Source: an uncultured Clostridia bacterium
GTDB taxonomy: Bacteria; Bacillota; Clostridia; Peptostreptococcales; Anaerovoracaceae
Reading direction: 5' to 3'
DNA: 64,000 nucleotides
Assembly: GCA_934233735.1 (NCBI GenBank)
Contig: CAKQGQ010000005.1
Location: forward strand, 24,778 to 88,777
The translations under genes and the position numbers were made by a program. Of the stretch, positions 38,175 through 47,019 are shown piece after piece. Numbering within the stretch: the stretch's first letter is position 1; each line of letters begins with the position of its first letter. The notes under the pieces were generated by a model. It saw nothing but the letters and a program-made list of their open reading frames with translations, was not told the origin of the DNA and did no database searches.

Positions 38175-40096
38175 GAAAAAAGAAAAAAAGCAGTACAAAA
38201 AAAGAAGATGTATTCTTTGATCTTCCTCTTTTTGCCGCCTTGCAGCCGCAGGGCGGCATTACATTTAAAGAACCGAATTATATCATCACAGGAGACGGCT
38301 ATGCGAAGATTATCCATATTTATGGACTGCCGACAAAAATAAAGGACTACTGGCTTAGCAGCCTGACGCAGCAGACGGACTGCATTACCACACTTGATAT
38401 TATGACCCGTGATACTGCGGAGGTTCAGAAAAACATCAATAGCGCCATCAAAGAAGAACGCGGAAGAGAACTGTCTGCAGGCGGTGATTATCAGACGATT
38501 TACAGCAGCCAGCAAAGACAAATCATGCTGCAAAGTTTATATGATGAAATTACCTCAATGGGAGAAGTCGTGAAAATGGTACATATCCGCCTTTATGTAT
38601 CCGGAAGAAGCCTTGTGATGCTCGAAGAAAAGGTCGGGCAAATCATGAAATTTCTTGAGGGAAACGAATTTAAGCCAACCGTACTTTTAAATGAAGGAGA
38701 GCGTGAGTGGAAAGCACTGTTTCAGCCGTATGAAATTCAGGCAAGGGAACCGTTTACCATGAAAGGGCTGACACTGATGAGTGAGCAGATTGCCGGCGGC
38801 TACCCTTTCAACTTTTCCTATCTGAAAGATGATGGCGGGGATCTTCTCGGCTTTACCAATAATAACGGGGTGGTCGTGTTCAATGAATTTACGAAAACAG
38901 AAAAAAGAAAGCACTATAACAGCGTTGTCATCGGGGATATGGGAAGCGGAAAATCGACGCTGCTGAAAAAGCGGTTTGCATACCATGCCGCACTTGGAAA
39001 CTATATCCGCTGCTTTGATGTATCCGGAGAATTTACCGGACTGACAAAAGAGTTTGGCGGACGCGTAATCAAATGCGATTCCGATAGCAGCATGTTAAAT
39101 CCACTTGAAATCATGAAATCATCGGATGACGAACGAACAAGTTTTTCCATTCATATTTCAAAACTTCGAACATTTTACCAATGCCTGATTCCAAGCGTTA
39201 CCGATGATTTGATGACTAAGTATCAGAATCTTTTGCACGATTTTTATGATTCCCTGGACTTGACCCCAAAACCAGGACGCAGCGTGATAGGACTTCCTGC
39301 AGGCAGGTATCCGACATTCACAGAATTTTGCACATTCCTTGAAAATGACATCAGGAAAAAAGAGGAGAGTGCACTTGGCGAAAATGAAGTAAAGCGCGTG
39401 CTTCTGATCAAAGTAATCGAGCAGGAACAACAAATTTATGATACCCTTTCTTCGATGATTAAAGACTATGGGCAAATATTCGACGGACATACCACTATCA
39501 GTAATCTTGTTGATGAAAAAATTGTAACCTTTAATATATCAAGTATCAAGGACATGGATAAGCGTATTTTTGCGGCGCAGCTTTTCAACATGATGTACTT
39601 CTGCTGGGATAACTGCATTGGAAACGGACAGATGATGAAAGAATTATATGAAAAAGGAGAACTTGCATTTGAAGATGTTGAGCGATTCCTGATTTTAATT
39701 GATGAATCGCATCGATGGGTAAATACCCAGTTCCCATTCATATTAGAACGAGTTGCTATCCTAATGCGAGAAGCAAGAAAATATTTTGGAGGTATTACTT
39801 TGGCGTCACAGTCGTTCCGCGACTATGCGCCGGATGGAACCAGCGACCAGGCGATAGAGCAGCTCAAAGTTATTTTCGAACTGACACAGTATAAGTTTAT
39901 CTTCAAGCAGGATACCTCTGTGCTTCCGCTTATTGATAAACTGTTTGGAAAGATTGTTACACCATGGCAGAGAGATAAAATTCCATATCTAAGCATGGGA
40001 GAAACGGTACTTGTTATTTCCGGAGACCGCAATCTTTTCTTTAAGGTATGGATTTCGGAACGCTATGAGAAAAATCTGTTTGCGGGTGGTGCATAA
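38171..40096 (+). CDS. virB4: VirB4-family conjugative ATPase
   Basis: Walker A GDMGSGKST, Walker B LILIDESHRW. Typical N-terminal region (YAKIIHIYGLPTKI...) and GGGAGGA RBS. Confidence 0.85.
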   Translation: MRKKKKSSTKKEDVFFDLPLFAALQPQGGITFKEPNYIITGDGYAKIIHIYGLPTKIKDYWLSSLTQQTDCITTLDIMTRDTAEVQKNINSAIKEERGRELSAGGDYQTIYSSQQRQIMLQSLYDEITSMGEVVKMVHIRLYVSGRSLVMLEEKVGQIMKFLEGNEFKPTVLLNEGEREWKALFQPYEIQAREPFTMKGLTLMSEQIAGGYPFNFSYLKDDGGDLLGFTNNNGVVVFNEFTKTEKRKHYNSVVIGDMGSGKSTLLKKRFAYHAALGNYIRCFDVSGEFTGLTKEFGGRVIKCDSDSSMLNPLEIMKSSDDERTSFSIHISKLRTFYQCLIPSVTDDLMTKYQNLLHDFYDSLDLTPKPGRSVIGLPAGRYPTFTEFCTFLENDIRKKEESALGENEVKRVLLIKVIEQEQQIYDTLSSMIKDYGQIFDGHTTISNLVDEKIVTFNISSIKDMDKRIFAAQLFNMMYFCWDNCIGNGQMMKELYEKGELAFEDVERFLILIDESHRWVNTQFPFILERVAILMREARKYFGGITLASQSFRDYAPDGTSDQAIEQLKVIFELTQYKFIFKQDTSVLPLIDKLFGKIVTPWQRDKIPYLSMGETVLVISGDRNLFFKVWISERYEKNLFAGGA

Positions 40097-40099
40097 GCG

Positions 40100-41173
40100 A
40101 TGAAAAAGATACTAATCTTTTTCCTGATACCGACACTTGTGATTTTAATGATCATCCTTACGGCCGTCGCTTCCGTGTATCAGATGCTTGCGACCGGAGG
40201 TAATGGAAAAGCAGATATGGAAACTGTCATGCGCCTTCCGCTGCCGCTTTCGTATGAGATTGTGGATGCTGCTATGACCTGTGAGCGAAACTACGGTGTG
40301 AAGGCTTCCGTGATTCTGGCCGTCTTATATGAGAGAGGACGCGGGCTTGAAGAAGGAGGCAAGGGCGTACTTGCAGCGGAAATCAACAATTATTTTCAAA
40401 TGAAGGGAACCGGAACGAAAGGCAGCAAGCGCTATTCGAATTACACGGAAGTTTATGAAATCGAAACGGATGATGAAGGAAATGTCATTTCGGAAAAAAC
40501 AAGAATCCTAAACGGACGATACCGAAAATACCGAAATTATGCGGAAAGCATGGACGATTTTTGCAAGCTGATTACCAAAAAAAAATATAAAAAACACACC
40601 CAAAAAGCAACGGACAGCGTTTCCTATATCAAGGCAATGCGAAAAGGCGGCTATTTTTTTAGCGATGAAGAAATGGAAAACTGCATTGCGACTGTTTTGG
40701 AATATGACCTTGCATCATTTGACGCGGGCGGTTATCAAGATGGAGACGGAATCGCAACCGGAGATTATTTATGGCCAACGGTTACAAACAGCGTGATTAC
40801 ATCCTATTTTGGGCAGAGAAATACCGGGATTGCAGGCGCGTCCACTTACCATCAGGGAATTGACATTGGCGTGTATGGAAACGCATCCGGCGCGCCGATT
40901 TATGCAGTAGACGGCGGAACCGTAACCTTTGCAGGCTATCTAAATGATGCAGCCGGATATGCGATTTATATCGACCATGGCAGCGGAGTGAAAACCAGCT
41001 ATATGCATCTTCGATCCGATGGCGTATTGGTTCGCAAAGGACAAAGCGTTACGCGCGGACAACACATCGGAAAAATGGGTTCCACCGGAGTTTCGTCCGG
41101 AACGCATCTTGATTTCCGTATCTATATCAATGGAAAAGCGCAAGACCCATTAAGATATTTACATAGGGAGTAA
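40100..41173 (+). CDS. Membrane-anchored cell-wall hydrolase with C-terminal M23/LytM peptidase domain
   Basis: N-terminal TM helix. M23 motifs YHQGIDIG, YIDHGSGVKTSYMHL and GSTGVSSGTHLDFRIY. Confidence 0.85.
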   Translation: MKKILIFFLIPTLVILMIILTAVASVYQMLATGGNGKADMETVMRLPLPLSYEIVDAAMTCERNYGVKASVILAVLYERGRGLEEGGKGVLAAEINNYFQMKGTGTKGSKRYSNYTEVYEIETDDEGNVISEKTRILNGRYRKYRNYAESMDDFCKLITKKKYKKHTQKATDSVSYIKAMRKGGYFFSDEEMENCIATVLEYDLASFDAGGYQDGDGIATGDYLWPTVTNSVITSYFGQRNTGIAGASTYHQGIDIGVYGNASGAPIYAVDGGTVTFAGYLNDAAGYAIYIDHGSGVKTSYMHLRSDGVLVRKGQSVTRGQHIGKMGSTGVSSGTHLDFRIYINGKAQDPLRYLHRE

Positions 41174-41185
41174 AGGGAGAATAAG

Positions 41186-41491
41186 ATGAAAGAAAAAGTA
41201 TATTTATCTGCAAGTAAGCAGACAAAGGATTGGATTATGAAGAAAAAAGCTCTGCAAAACCGGATTATTTTTGTGGATGACTTAAATGATGCAGACTATC
41301 TGCTGCTTGAAACAGACGGTAAAATCAAACTTCCGTCCGAACAGTTTTCCGACTTGTTCCGGGCAAAAAGCAGCGGGATGAAAGTAAGGATTTTGAAGCG
41401 GGAAAATATTATCCGACTGGAAAATGAAATGGAGAAAAAGGAAAAAATCCATAAAAATACGCAGAAAAATCTTGAGGCAAGTTTAGAGTAG
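41186..41491 (+). CDS. Hypothetical protein
   Basis: 101-aa ORF with GGGAGA RBS inside the T4SS operon. Confidence 0.5.
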   Translation: MKEKVYLSASKQTKDWIMKKKALQNRIIFVDDLNDADYLLLETDGKIKLPSEQFSDLFRAKSSGMKVRILKRENIIRLENEMEKKEKIHKNTQKNLEASLE

Positions 41492-41509
41492 AGGGAAAGG
41501 AGAACGCAT

Positions 41510-42349
41510 TTGAATATTGATGAGAAATTAAGCGAGCAGATTTTGAAGGAAAAGAATGAAAAACTGAAACGAAATACAAATCGATTCTTAGTTTCGTTTC
41601 TGATTATTTTTTTCAGCGGTTATCTCATATTTTTTTCTTCAAAATTATGGCTTCCGAATACCTATAACGATGTCACGGTAACGCCCCTTGGCGAGGAAAT
41701 TGAAGTGCAGAATCGAAAAATACGCATTGATAAATGGGCATACAGTCCGGAAAGCCGCGAAATGGAAATCATTTTAGAAATCGAAAATCTTTCAAGTGAT
41801 GGAATTAACGAATATAGATTTACACTTTTTGACCGCGGCACAGGAGCGCAAGAAATAAGACAGACCATAAACACTACAGATTTTATCGTACTTCGGGCAA
41901 CTCTCAGCAGGCGCTGGTCAGAACTTTCGTTTCGGATAAGTGCAAAGGATCCGGCAGATGAGCTTAGTACCATGAAGTTTTATACAACTAAAAAAAGCAT
42001 TGAGATAGAAGAGCCCTTACAGGAGAAAACACCGGAAGCGTATCGAAGAGAAATTTGTGATATTCGAATTCGAAAGATTGAATCAGAGATTGCAGAAAAA
42101 TCAGAAGAAATTGAAAAGCAAAGACAAACAATGAACAATGCAAAGGAGGCTGCGGAAAATCTCATAGAAAAAGCAGAGTACAAGACATATGAGGAGCGCG
42201 AAGAGTCACTGCAAAATGCTGAAAAACTTATGCAGGAAAGAGCAAGCGCACAAAGCAGCATGGAGACGCTGCAGGATGAGATAGCGGAGATGCGAAAGCA
42301 GATTCAGCTTCAGGAAGAACTGAAAGAGAAAGCAGGTGAGGAAAAATAA
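41510..42349 (+). CDS. Membrane-anchored protein with C-terminal coiled coil (T4SS accessory)
   Basis: TTG start after GGAAAGGAG. One TM helix, a beta-rich middle region and a heptad-rich acidic tail. Confidence 0.55.
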   Translation: MNIDEKLSEQILKEKNEKLKRNTNRFLVSFLIIFFSGYLIFFSSKLWLPNTYNDVTVTPLGEEIEVQNRKIRIDKWAYSPESREMEIILEIENLSSDGINEYRFTLFDRGTGAQEIRQTINTTDFIVLRATLSRRWSELSFRISAKDPADELSTMKFYTTKKSIEIEEPLQEKTPEAYRREICDIRIRKIESEIAEKSEEIEKQRQTMNNAKEAAENLIEKAEYKTYEEREESLQNAEKLMQERASAQSSMETLQDEIAEMRKQIQLQEELKEKAGEEK

Positions 42350-43503
42350 TGGCAGATATTTTATATATTGGAGACAAATTCTCCGGATATTTCGTGCAGG
42401 AAGTAGCACGCACACGCAATTTAAAATTTTTATCCTACGAGAGCGGAAGCTCTGTGAGAGAAATCGTCAATAATGTTATGTGGTATCTACAGGAGCAAGC
42501 CGGAAAGCCGGAGTATGCGGTTATTTGTCCGGAGGGATTCAATGATGAAGCCTATGTCATTGCAGATGAAATCACAAAACTTTCAAAAGCACTGGGTGTG
42601 ACGCCAATTATCTACTTGAAGTCCTATAGCCCGGAAAGTGAAATGGCAAAAGAGTTTTTAGACCACGATATCAAACGCTTTGTTTACTATGGCAGCACCG
42701 GCGATTTGATTGACCAGCTCGAAAAAAATATGACCGGATACTATGAAGCAAACCAAAGACAAGAAATTGAAGAAGTCTTAAAAGCCCAGGAAGAAATGCG
42801 AGCCAAGGTAAATGCTTTTCAGTCCATTGGTGTAGCAGGAACAATGAATCGCTGCGGCTGTACGAGCTGCGCACTGCAAATTGTAAAATACCTGCAGAAG
42901 AAAGGCTATACCGCTTGTTATGTGGAACTTAACGAGGCGCAGTATTTTGATATGACCGCGCGGGACGGTGCAAAACGCTCCGTTAGTTTTGTTGCGAAAT
43001 ATGCCATTTGGACGCAGCAGGAAGAAAAAGTGAACGTTCGCTATAAAGACATTGATATGTACCGCGGAAAAGACCTGACAGAAGCGCAAAATAAAGGATA
43101 TGATTACTTTGTCTTTGATTACGGAAATATGTTCCTTGCAACCTTTGACCGTAACGCTTTTATCAAAGACGATGTAAAAATTATCGTAGGGGGTGCAAGT
43201 CCGGTAGAGTTTGATACGACCCTTCGTGCGCTGACTCTTGCAGCATACCGAGATGCCATGCTTTTTCTGACTTTTACGGATAAGGCAGACCGGGAGGATG
43301 TTTTGAAGACCTTACATACTCTCTGTACGGCATCCGGTATGCAGGAGAGAAAAATCAGCTTTTTAAGTCATGTTACAGACCCATTTCTTCTTTTGGATGA
43401 TTCCGCGATCGAAGAAATGCTTGGTGTGGATATCAAGCCGGGAACAAAAATAGAAGAGGAAAAAGCAAAATTTTCACTTTTCGGAAAGGGGAGGAAAAAG
43501 TGA
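42349..43503 (+). CDS. ParA/MinD-fold-like protein with degenerate Walker A
   Basis: IGVAGTMNRCGCTSCALQIVKYLQKKGYTACYVELN and YDYFVFDYGN resemble P-loop/Walker B positions of SIMIBI ATPases, but the Walker A lysines are missing. The call is tentative. Confidence 0.45.
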   Translation: MADILYIGDKFSGYFVQEVARTRNLKFLSYESGSSVREIVNNVMWYLQEQAGKPEYAVICPEGFNDEAYVIADEITKLSKALGVTPIIYLKSYSPESEMAKEFLDHDIKRFVYYGSTGDLIDQLEKNMTGYYEANQRQEIEEVLKAQEEMRAKVNAFQSIGVAGTMNRCGCTSCALQIVKYLQKKGYTACYVELNEAQYFDMTARDGAKRSVSFVAKYAIWTQQEEKVNVRYKDIDMYRGKDLTEAQNKGYDYFVFDYGNMFLATFDRNAFIKDDVKIIVGGASPVEFDTTLRALTLAAYRDAMLFLTFTDKADREDVLKTLHTLCTASGMQERKISFLSHVTDPFLLLDDSAIEEMLGVDIKPGTKIEEEKAKFSLFGKGRKK

Positions 43504-43781
43504 GCCTATATGAAAATCGAGTGCGTATTGCAGAAGAGGTAAAAGAGCAAGAAGCGCTACGCAAGAAATATGAAATTGAGGAAAATGTTGTCGTTAAAGA
43601 AAAAACTTTTTTTGGGAAGTTTGTGCTTCGGTATCTGAAAGATACTGTTAAAGTGCTACTATCCATTCTATTTTGGATTTTGGCAGGAATCGGCGTCTTT
43701 GCAGTCAGTTATCCGGATATTCGATCTGAACTTTTGGCAGCTCTTTCTGATGTACTGGGATTTGTTCATTTAGGAGGCTGA
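43500..43781 (+). CDS. Small membrane protein
   Basis: GTG start after GGGAGG. One long hydrophobic segment. Confidence 0.5.
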   Translation: MSLYENRVRIAEEVKEQEALRKKYEIEENVVVKEKTFFGKFVLRYLKDTVKVLLSILFWILAGIGVFAVSYPDIRSELLAALSDVLGFVHLGG

Positions 43782-43783
43782 TT

Positions 43784-45391
43784 ATGTCACTTTGGAACAC
43801 AAAGGAACTGATGGCAATCGTTACAAGCAGCAATCTTTTAAATAGTGCTTTGCAGGCTCTTTACGGCGGTGAGGAAAATAGTCAAAATGGGATAAAGTAC
43901 AGCATATTTTATATTCCCAAAGCGGCGTTTACGGACGGAACTCTGCGTGAGCAGAGAGGCTTTCGGAATCTAAAAAGCGAAGCGTATCTATTTGAAAAGA
44001 TTGTTTTGGCTTTCGAGCCCAGTGAAGATGGGGAAGCAGAAAAAGCCATTTTCGTAAAAAACTTCGGAGAGGCAGATTATGAGGAGCTGGATACAAAGAA
44101 CAACGAACTCTGCAAAACGATTTTCAAGAAGCCACAAGAAGCAGCGATTACTCTTTCCGCTATGCGAAAACAAGCAGAAGAAGAAATCAATCGAGAAGTC
44201 AATCGGAAGCTTCAAAGCAGAGGTCAGAATATAAATTATAACTATCGCACATTTCCGCTGCTGATGGAAATCTATCAAAGGCAGAAAGCCGCAGGGACTG
44301 CAGAAGCGTACCAAACAGAATATGTCATCCATGCACAAAATAAAGAGGATAGGCAAAAGCGCATCACGCTGCATAGCTTAGATGAAAAAATCCTTACAGC
44401 CGAAGGCAAGGAAATCACGATTACGAAGGCTGACAAGCAGAAAAGAATCTTGATGCCGCCTAAATTTTATAACACCCTTGATTTTTTGCAGGATGCCGAG
44501 GAAAAAGGAATTTCTTATCACCAAGTAGTGACAATGCTTGAAATGCTATATCGAAGTGGTCTGATACCTTACTATCTGACAGATGGATGTGAAATTACTC
44601 CAGGCTTAAAAGATTCTGTCATGGACATTGCTGCAATTGCATTTCCGACAAATGATTTTTTTCAGTATTTGCACGGCTTAACGAAAAATCTATCACTTCC
44701 GGAAGGATGTTTTGCCGAAAAAAAAGAAGCAAATGGTCTTTGTCTAAGGCATTCAGAAAAGGCTTCTTTCTTTTCGATTTATGACTGTGCAGAAGATAAG
44801 GACAAAGAATTGCTGGAACTCTTAATTTGCAGACAATTTGCAGTATACCTACCGGAAGCTAATACCGAAAGACTTACCTATGAAGCAGAATGCGAAAGCA
44901 TTAGGCTTATCGGAACGAAGGACATTCTTATAAGCCCCGGCTGGAAGAAAGCATACGGAGAAAGTGAAGAAATTCCTTTTGAGATATTTCAGGATATGAA
45001 ATTTGAGATTGTAAAGATTGAGCAGATGCCGGCTGCAAAGTGCGAACTTGCTAGTTTTTCGAGCTTGTGTAAATCTTTAAAACTCTTTTGCTGCGGTGAC
45101 ACTTATGAGATTTTACGCATTTTCGATGCACTTTTTAACCGGGCGCAGTCCCCTTGGCTGATTACGGAATCCGGCTACTTTTTAATAAATGGAGAAGGAA
45201 AAAGCTTTTTTGATAATTTTCCGGTAAAACCGGAGGCTTTTTCCTTTTCTATTATGACATTCCTGTGGCAGCTTGCAGATGATGCAGCATCCGGAAAAAT
45301 TTCGGAGAACAATTTCCAAAAGCAGCTAAAAGAAAAGGCAAGTCAGCTATCAGAAGAACTTGAGAATATTTTTAGTAGGCAGCAAGGATAA
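43784..45391 (+). CDS. Topoisomerase IA-like protein with degenerate catalytic motifs (tentative)
   Basis: LEMLYRSGLIPYYLTDG resembles the type IA active-site box (LYE.GLITYxRTD), with Tyr kept and Arg replaced. N-terminal LMAIVTSS and AFEPSEDGE resemble a TOPRIM domain with its acidic residues altered. Confidence 0.4.
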   Translation: MSLWNTKELMAIVTSSNLLNSALQALYGGEENSQNGIKYSIFYIPKAAFTDGTLREQRGFRNLKSEAYLFEKIVLAFEPSEDGEAEKAIFVKNFGEADYEELDTKNNELCKTIFKKPQEAAITLSAMRKQAEEEINREVNRKLQSRGQNINYNYRTFPLLMEIYQRQKAAGTAEAYQTEYVIHAQNKEDRQKRITLHSLDEKILTAEGKEITITKADKQKRILMPPKFYNTLDFLQDAEEKGISYHQVVTMLEMLYRSGLIPYYLTDGCEITPGLKDSVMDIAAIAFPTNDFFQYLHGLTKNLSLPEGCFAEKKEANGLCLRHSEKASFFSIYDCAEDKDKELLELLICRQFAVYLPEANTERLTYEAECESIRLIGTKDILISPGWKKAYGESEEIPFEIFQDMKFEIVKIEQMPAAKCELASFSSLCKSLKLFCCGDTYEILRIFDALFNRAQSPWLITESGYFLINGEGKSFFDNFPVKPEAFSFSIMTFLWQLADDAASGKISENNFQKQLKEKASQLSEELENIFSRQQG

Positions 45392-45426
45392 GGAGGCAGA
45401 AAGCAAGAGCATTCTGCGTTTTCTTA

Positions 45427-45712
45427 TTTCTCAAATCCATTTCCGAGAGATTTGAGAAATGGCAGCAGAGGGGATTTCACAGTGCCGATTGTACCAATCA
45501 GCCGCAAGAAATCCCTTTTTGATTTTCCTTGTTCACTTGGTGGTTCATTTTAAACGATTCGAAGCTACAGACAAGGTGCGAGCCGTTGTAAAAATAAATA
45601 TTTTTCTCCACGGGCAGGTCTGCCACCTTGTCTTTCGCTTCTCATCGGCCGCCTGCGGCTTTTCTTTCACCACTATCAAGTGAACAACAAAAATTCATGT
45701 TCACGAGATAGG
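45427..45712. promoter_or_regulatory. Structured repeat element, copy 1 (candidate single-strand promoter / structured leader)
   Basis: 5' hairpin TTTCTCAAATC/GATTTGAGAAA, then a long imperfect hairpin (stems at 45531-45543/45670-45685, 45556-45565/45637-45646 and 45570-45578/45624-45632). About 93% identical to copy 2. Confidence 0.6.
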
Positions 45713-45725
45713 AAGGGATAAGAAA

Positions 45726-46544
45726 ATGAAAAAAGAAACTTACGAAGCATTCAAAGAAATGCTGAAACAAGAACTGAAGTCGCAAGGAATGGATTTCGAA
45801 GTGAAAAAAGTATTTAAAGTCAATCAGGAGCTGGATGGAATCGGCTTTGGAAATCCGAAAGAAGGTGTGCAATCCGTCTTTTATCTGCAAAATCTTTTTC
45901 AAGACTACCAGGCAGGGCAAAGCCTTACAGAGATTGCAGAAATGATAAAAGAAAATGCGGTAAAGCGTACTGTATTTAAAGGTAGCAAGCTTGCTGAACT
46001 CCTTAAAGGAAGCGGATGGCGGCAAAAACTGATTGCAGAGGTTATCAACACAAAAGTCAACGAAGAATTGCTCTTAGAGCTTCCATATCGAAGCCTCTTC
46101 GACTTATCGGTCATTTACCGAATTGAATTTTCCAATGGGAGTATTATCGTGGACGACGCTCTGATGGAAACACTCAACACGAGCGAGCCGGAGCTTTACA
46201 AATTGGCAAAGGAAAATATATCCGAACGCTATCCGCTTTTCACCTTACAGATTTTTGAAACATTTTACGCAGTTTCTAATAAAGAGTATCTGTACGGAGC
46301 AAACGCATTCCTATTTGAAGAGAAGTTTGAAAAAATGGCTGAATGCGCTCACGATGATATCTATATCATTCCGTCATCCATCCACGAACTTCTTTTTGTC
46401 AGAGCAAGCCTCTTTACCGAGGAAGAATTGCTCGAAATAGTCAGAGATGCAAATAGAGTAGCGGTAAGTACAGAAGAATTCTTGTCAAATAACATCTATC
46501 ATTACAGTAGAAAAACAAAGAAGCTGAAAATGATTACACGCTGA
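45726..46544 (+). CDS. Conserved mobile-element protein (IIPSSIHELLFV motif; DUF5688-like by resemblance)
   Basis: 272-aa ORF with GGAAGGGA RBS. It is the first gene after structured element copy 1. Confidence 0.65.
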   Translation: MKKETYEAFKEMLKQELKSQGMDFEVKKVFKVNQELDGIGFGNPKEGVQSVFYLQNLFQDYQAGQSLTEIAEMIKENAVKRTVFKGSKLAELLKGSGWRQKLIAEVINTKVNEELLLELPYRSLFDLSVIYRIEFSNGSIIVDDALMETLNTSEPELYKLAKENISERYPLFTLQIFETFYAVSNKEYLYGANAFLFEEKFEKMAECAHDDIYIIPSSIHELLFVRASLFTEEELLEIVRDANRVAVSTEEFLSNNIYHYSRKTKKLKMITR

Positions 46545-46596
46545 AACGAAAAAGGCACGATGAGCCGGACTTAAACGGTAGAAAGTGAGGGAACTT

Positions 46597-46839
46597 ATGA
46601 CATTATCAAAATTCTTTGATTTATTGAATCAAGACTGTGAGGTGCATTTTGTCGCAAATCGCATTGAAAACGGACGCCCGGTTGATATGAGATTTACTTA
46701 CAAGAAACCTGATGATATTGATATCGCCCCCGAAGATAACGATTCGCTATCTTCGGTACACAGGTTCTTAGACTGGAAAGTAGCCGGTCTTCATCCGGAA
46801 GACGACGGAAGTATCTTCGTTGGTGTTGGTCAATGGTAA
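46597..46839 (+). CDS. Small acidic hypothetical protein
   Basis: ATG at 46597 after GTGAGGGA; the track ORF starts at GTG 46585. Confidence 0.5.
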   Translation: MTLSKFFDLLNQDCEVHFVANRIENGRPVDMRFTYKKPDDIDIAPEDNDSLSSVHRFLDWKVAGLHPEDDGSIFVGVGQW

Positions 46840-47019
46840 TTTGCCTGCACTATGACAGGCTCAAACGGTAGAAAGGTACGACGCGGAGATGCGAAAGCAT
46901 CTCCGTGAAAGTTTCCTTGCCGCAGAGAAAAAGACTCTGCGGCAAGGAAAAAATCGGAAGACAGCTGCCGCTCCGGTCGATAGATTCCATCAACCGAAGC
47001 TGGCGCTCTCGATGATTTG

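Noticed and set aside
45459-45683. 74-aa ORF, with its counterpart at 47082..47303 (73 aa), lying on the repeated structured elements
   Set aside because: The two copies are ~93% identical in nucleotides, but a 1-nt T-run indel changes the reading frame and C-terminus. There is no RBS, and one of the substitutions is a compensatory stem pair. Conservation is therefore structural, not coding.
45680-45704. Alternative hairpin GTGAACA...TGTTCAC, which competes with stem A and could make the element a riboswitch-like attenuator
   Set aside because: Copy 2 changes TGTTCAC to TGCTCAC without a compensating change, which breaks the helix. No U-tract follows, so an attenuator model is not supported.
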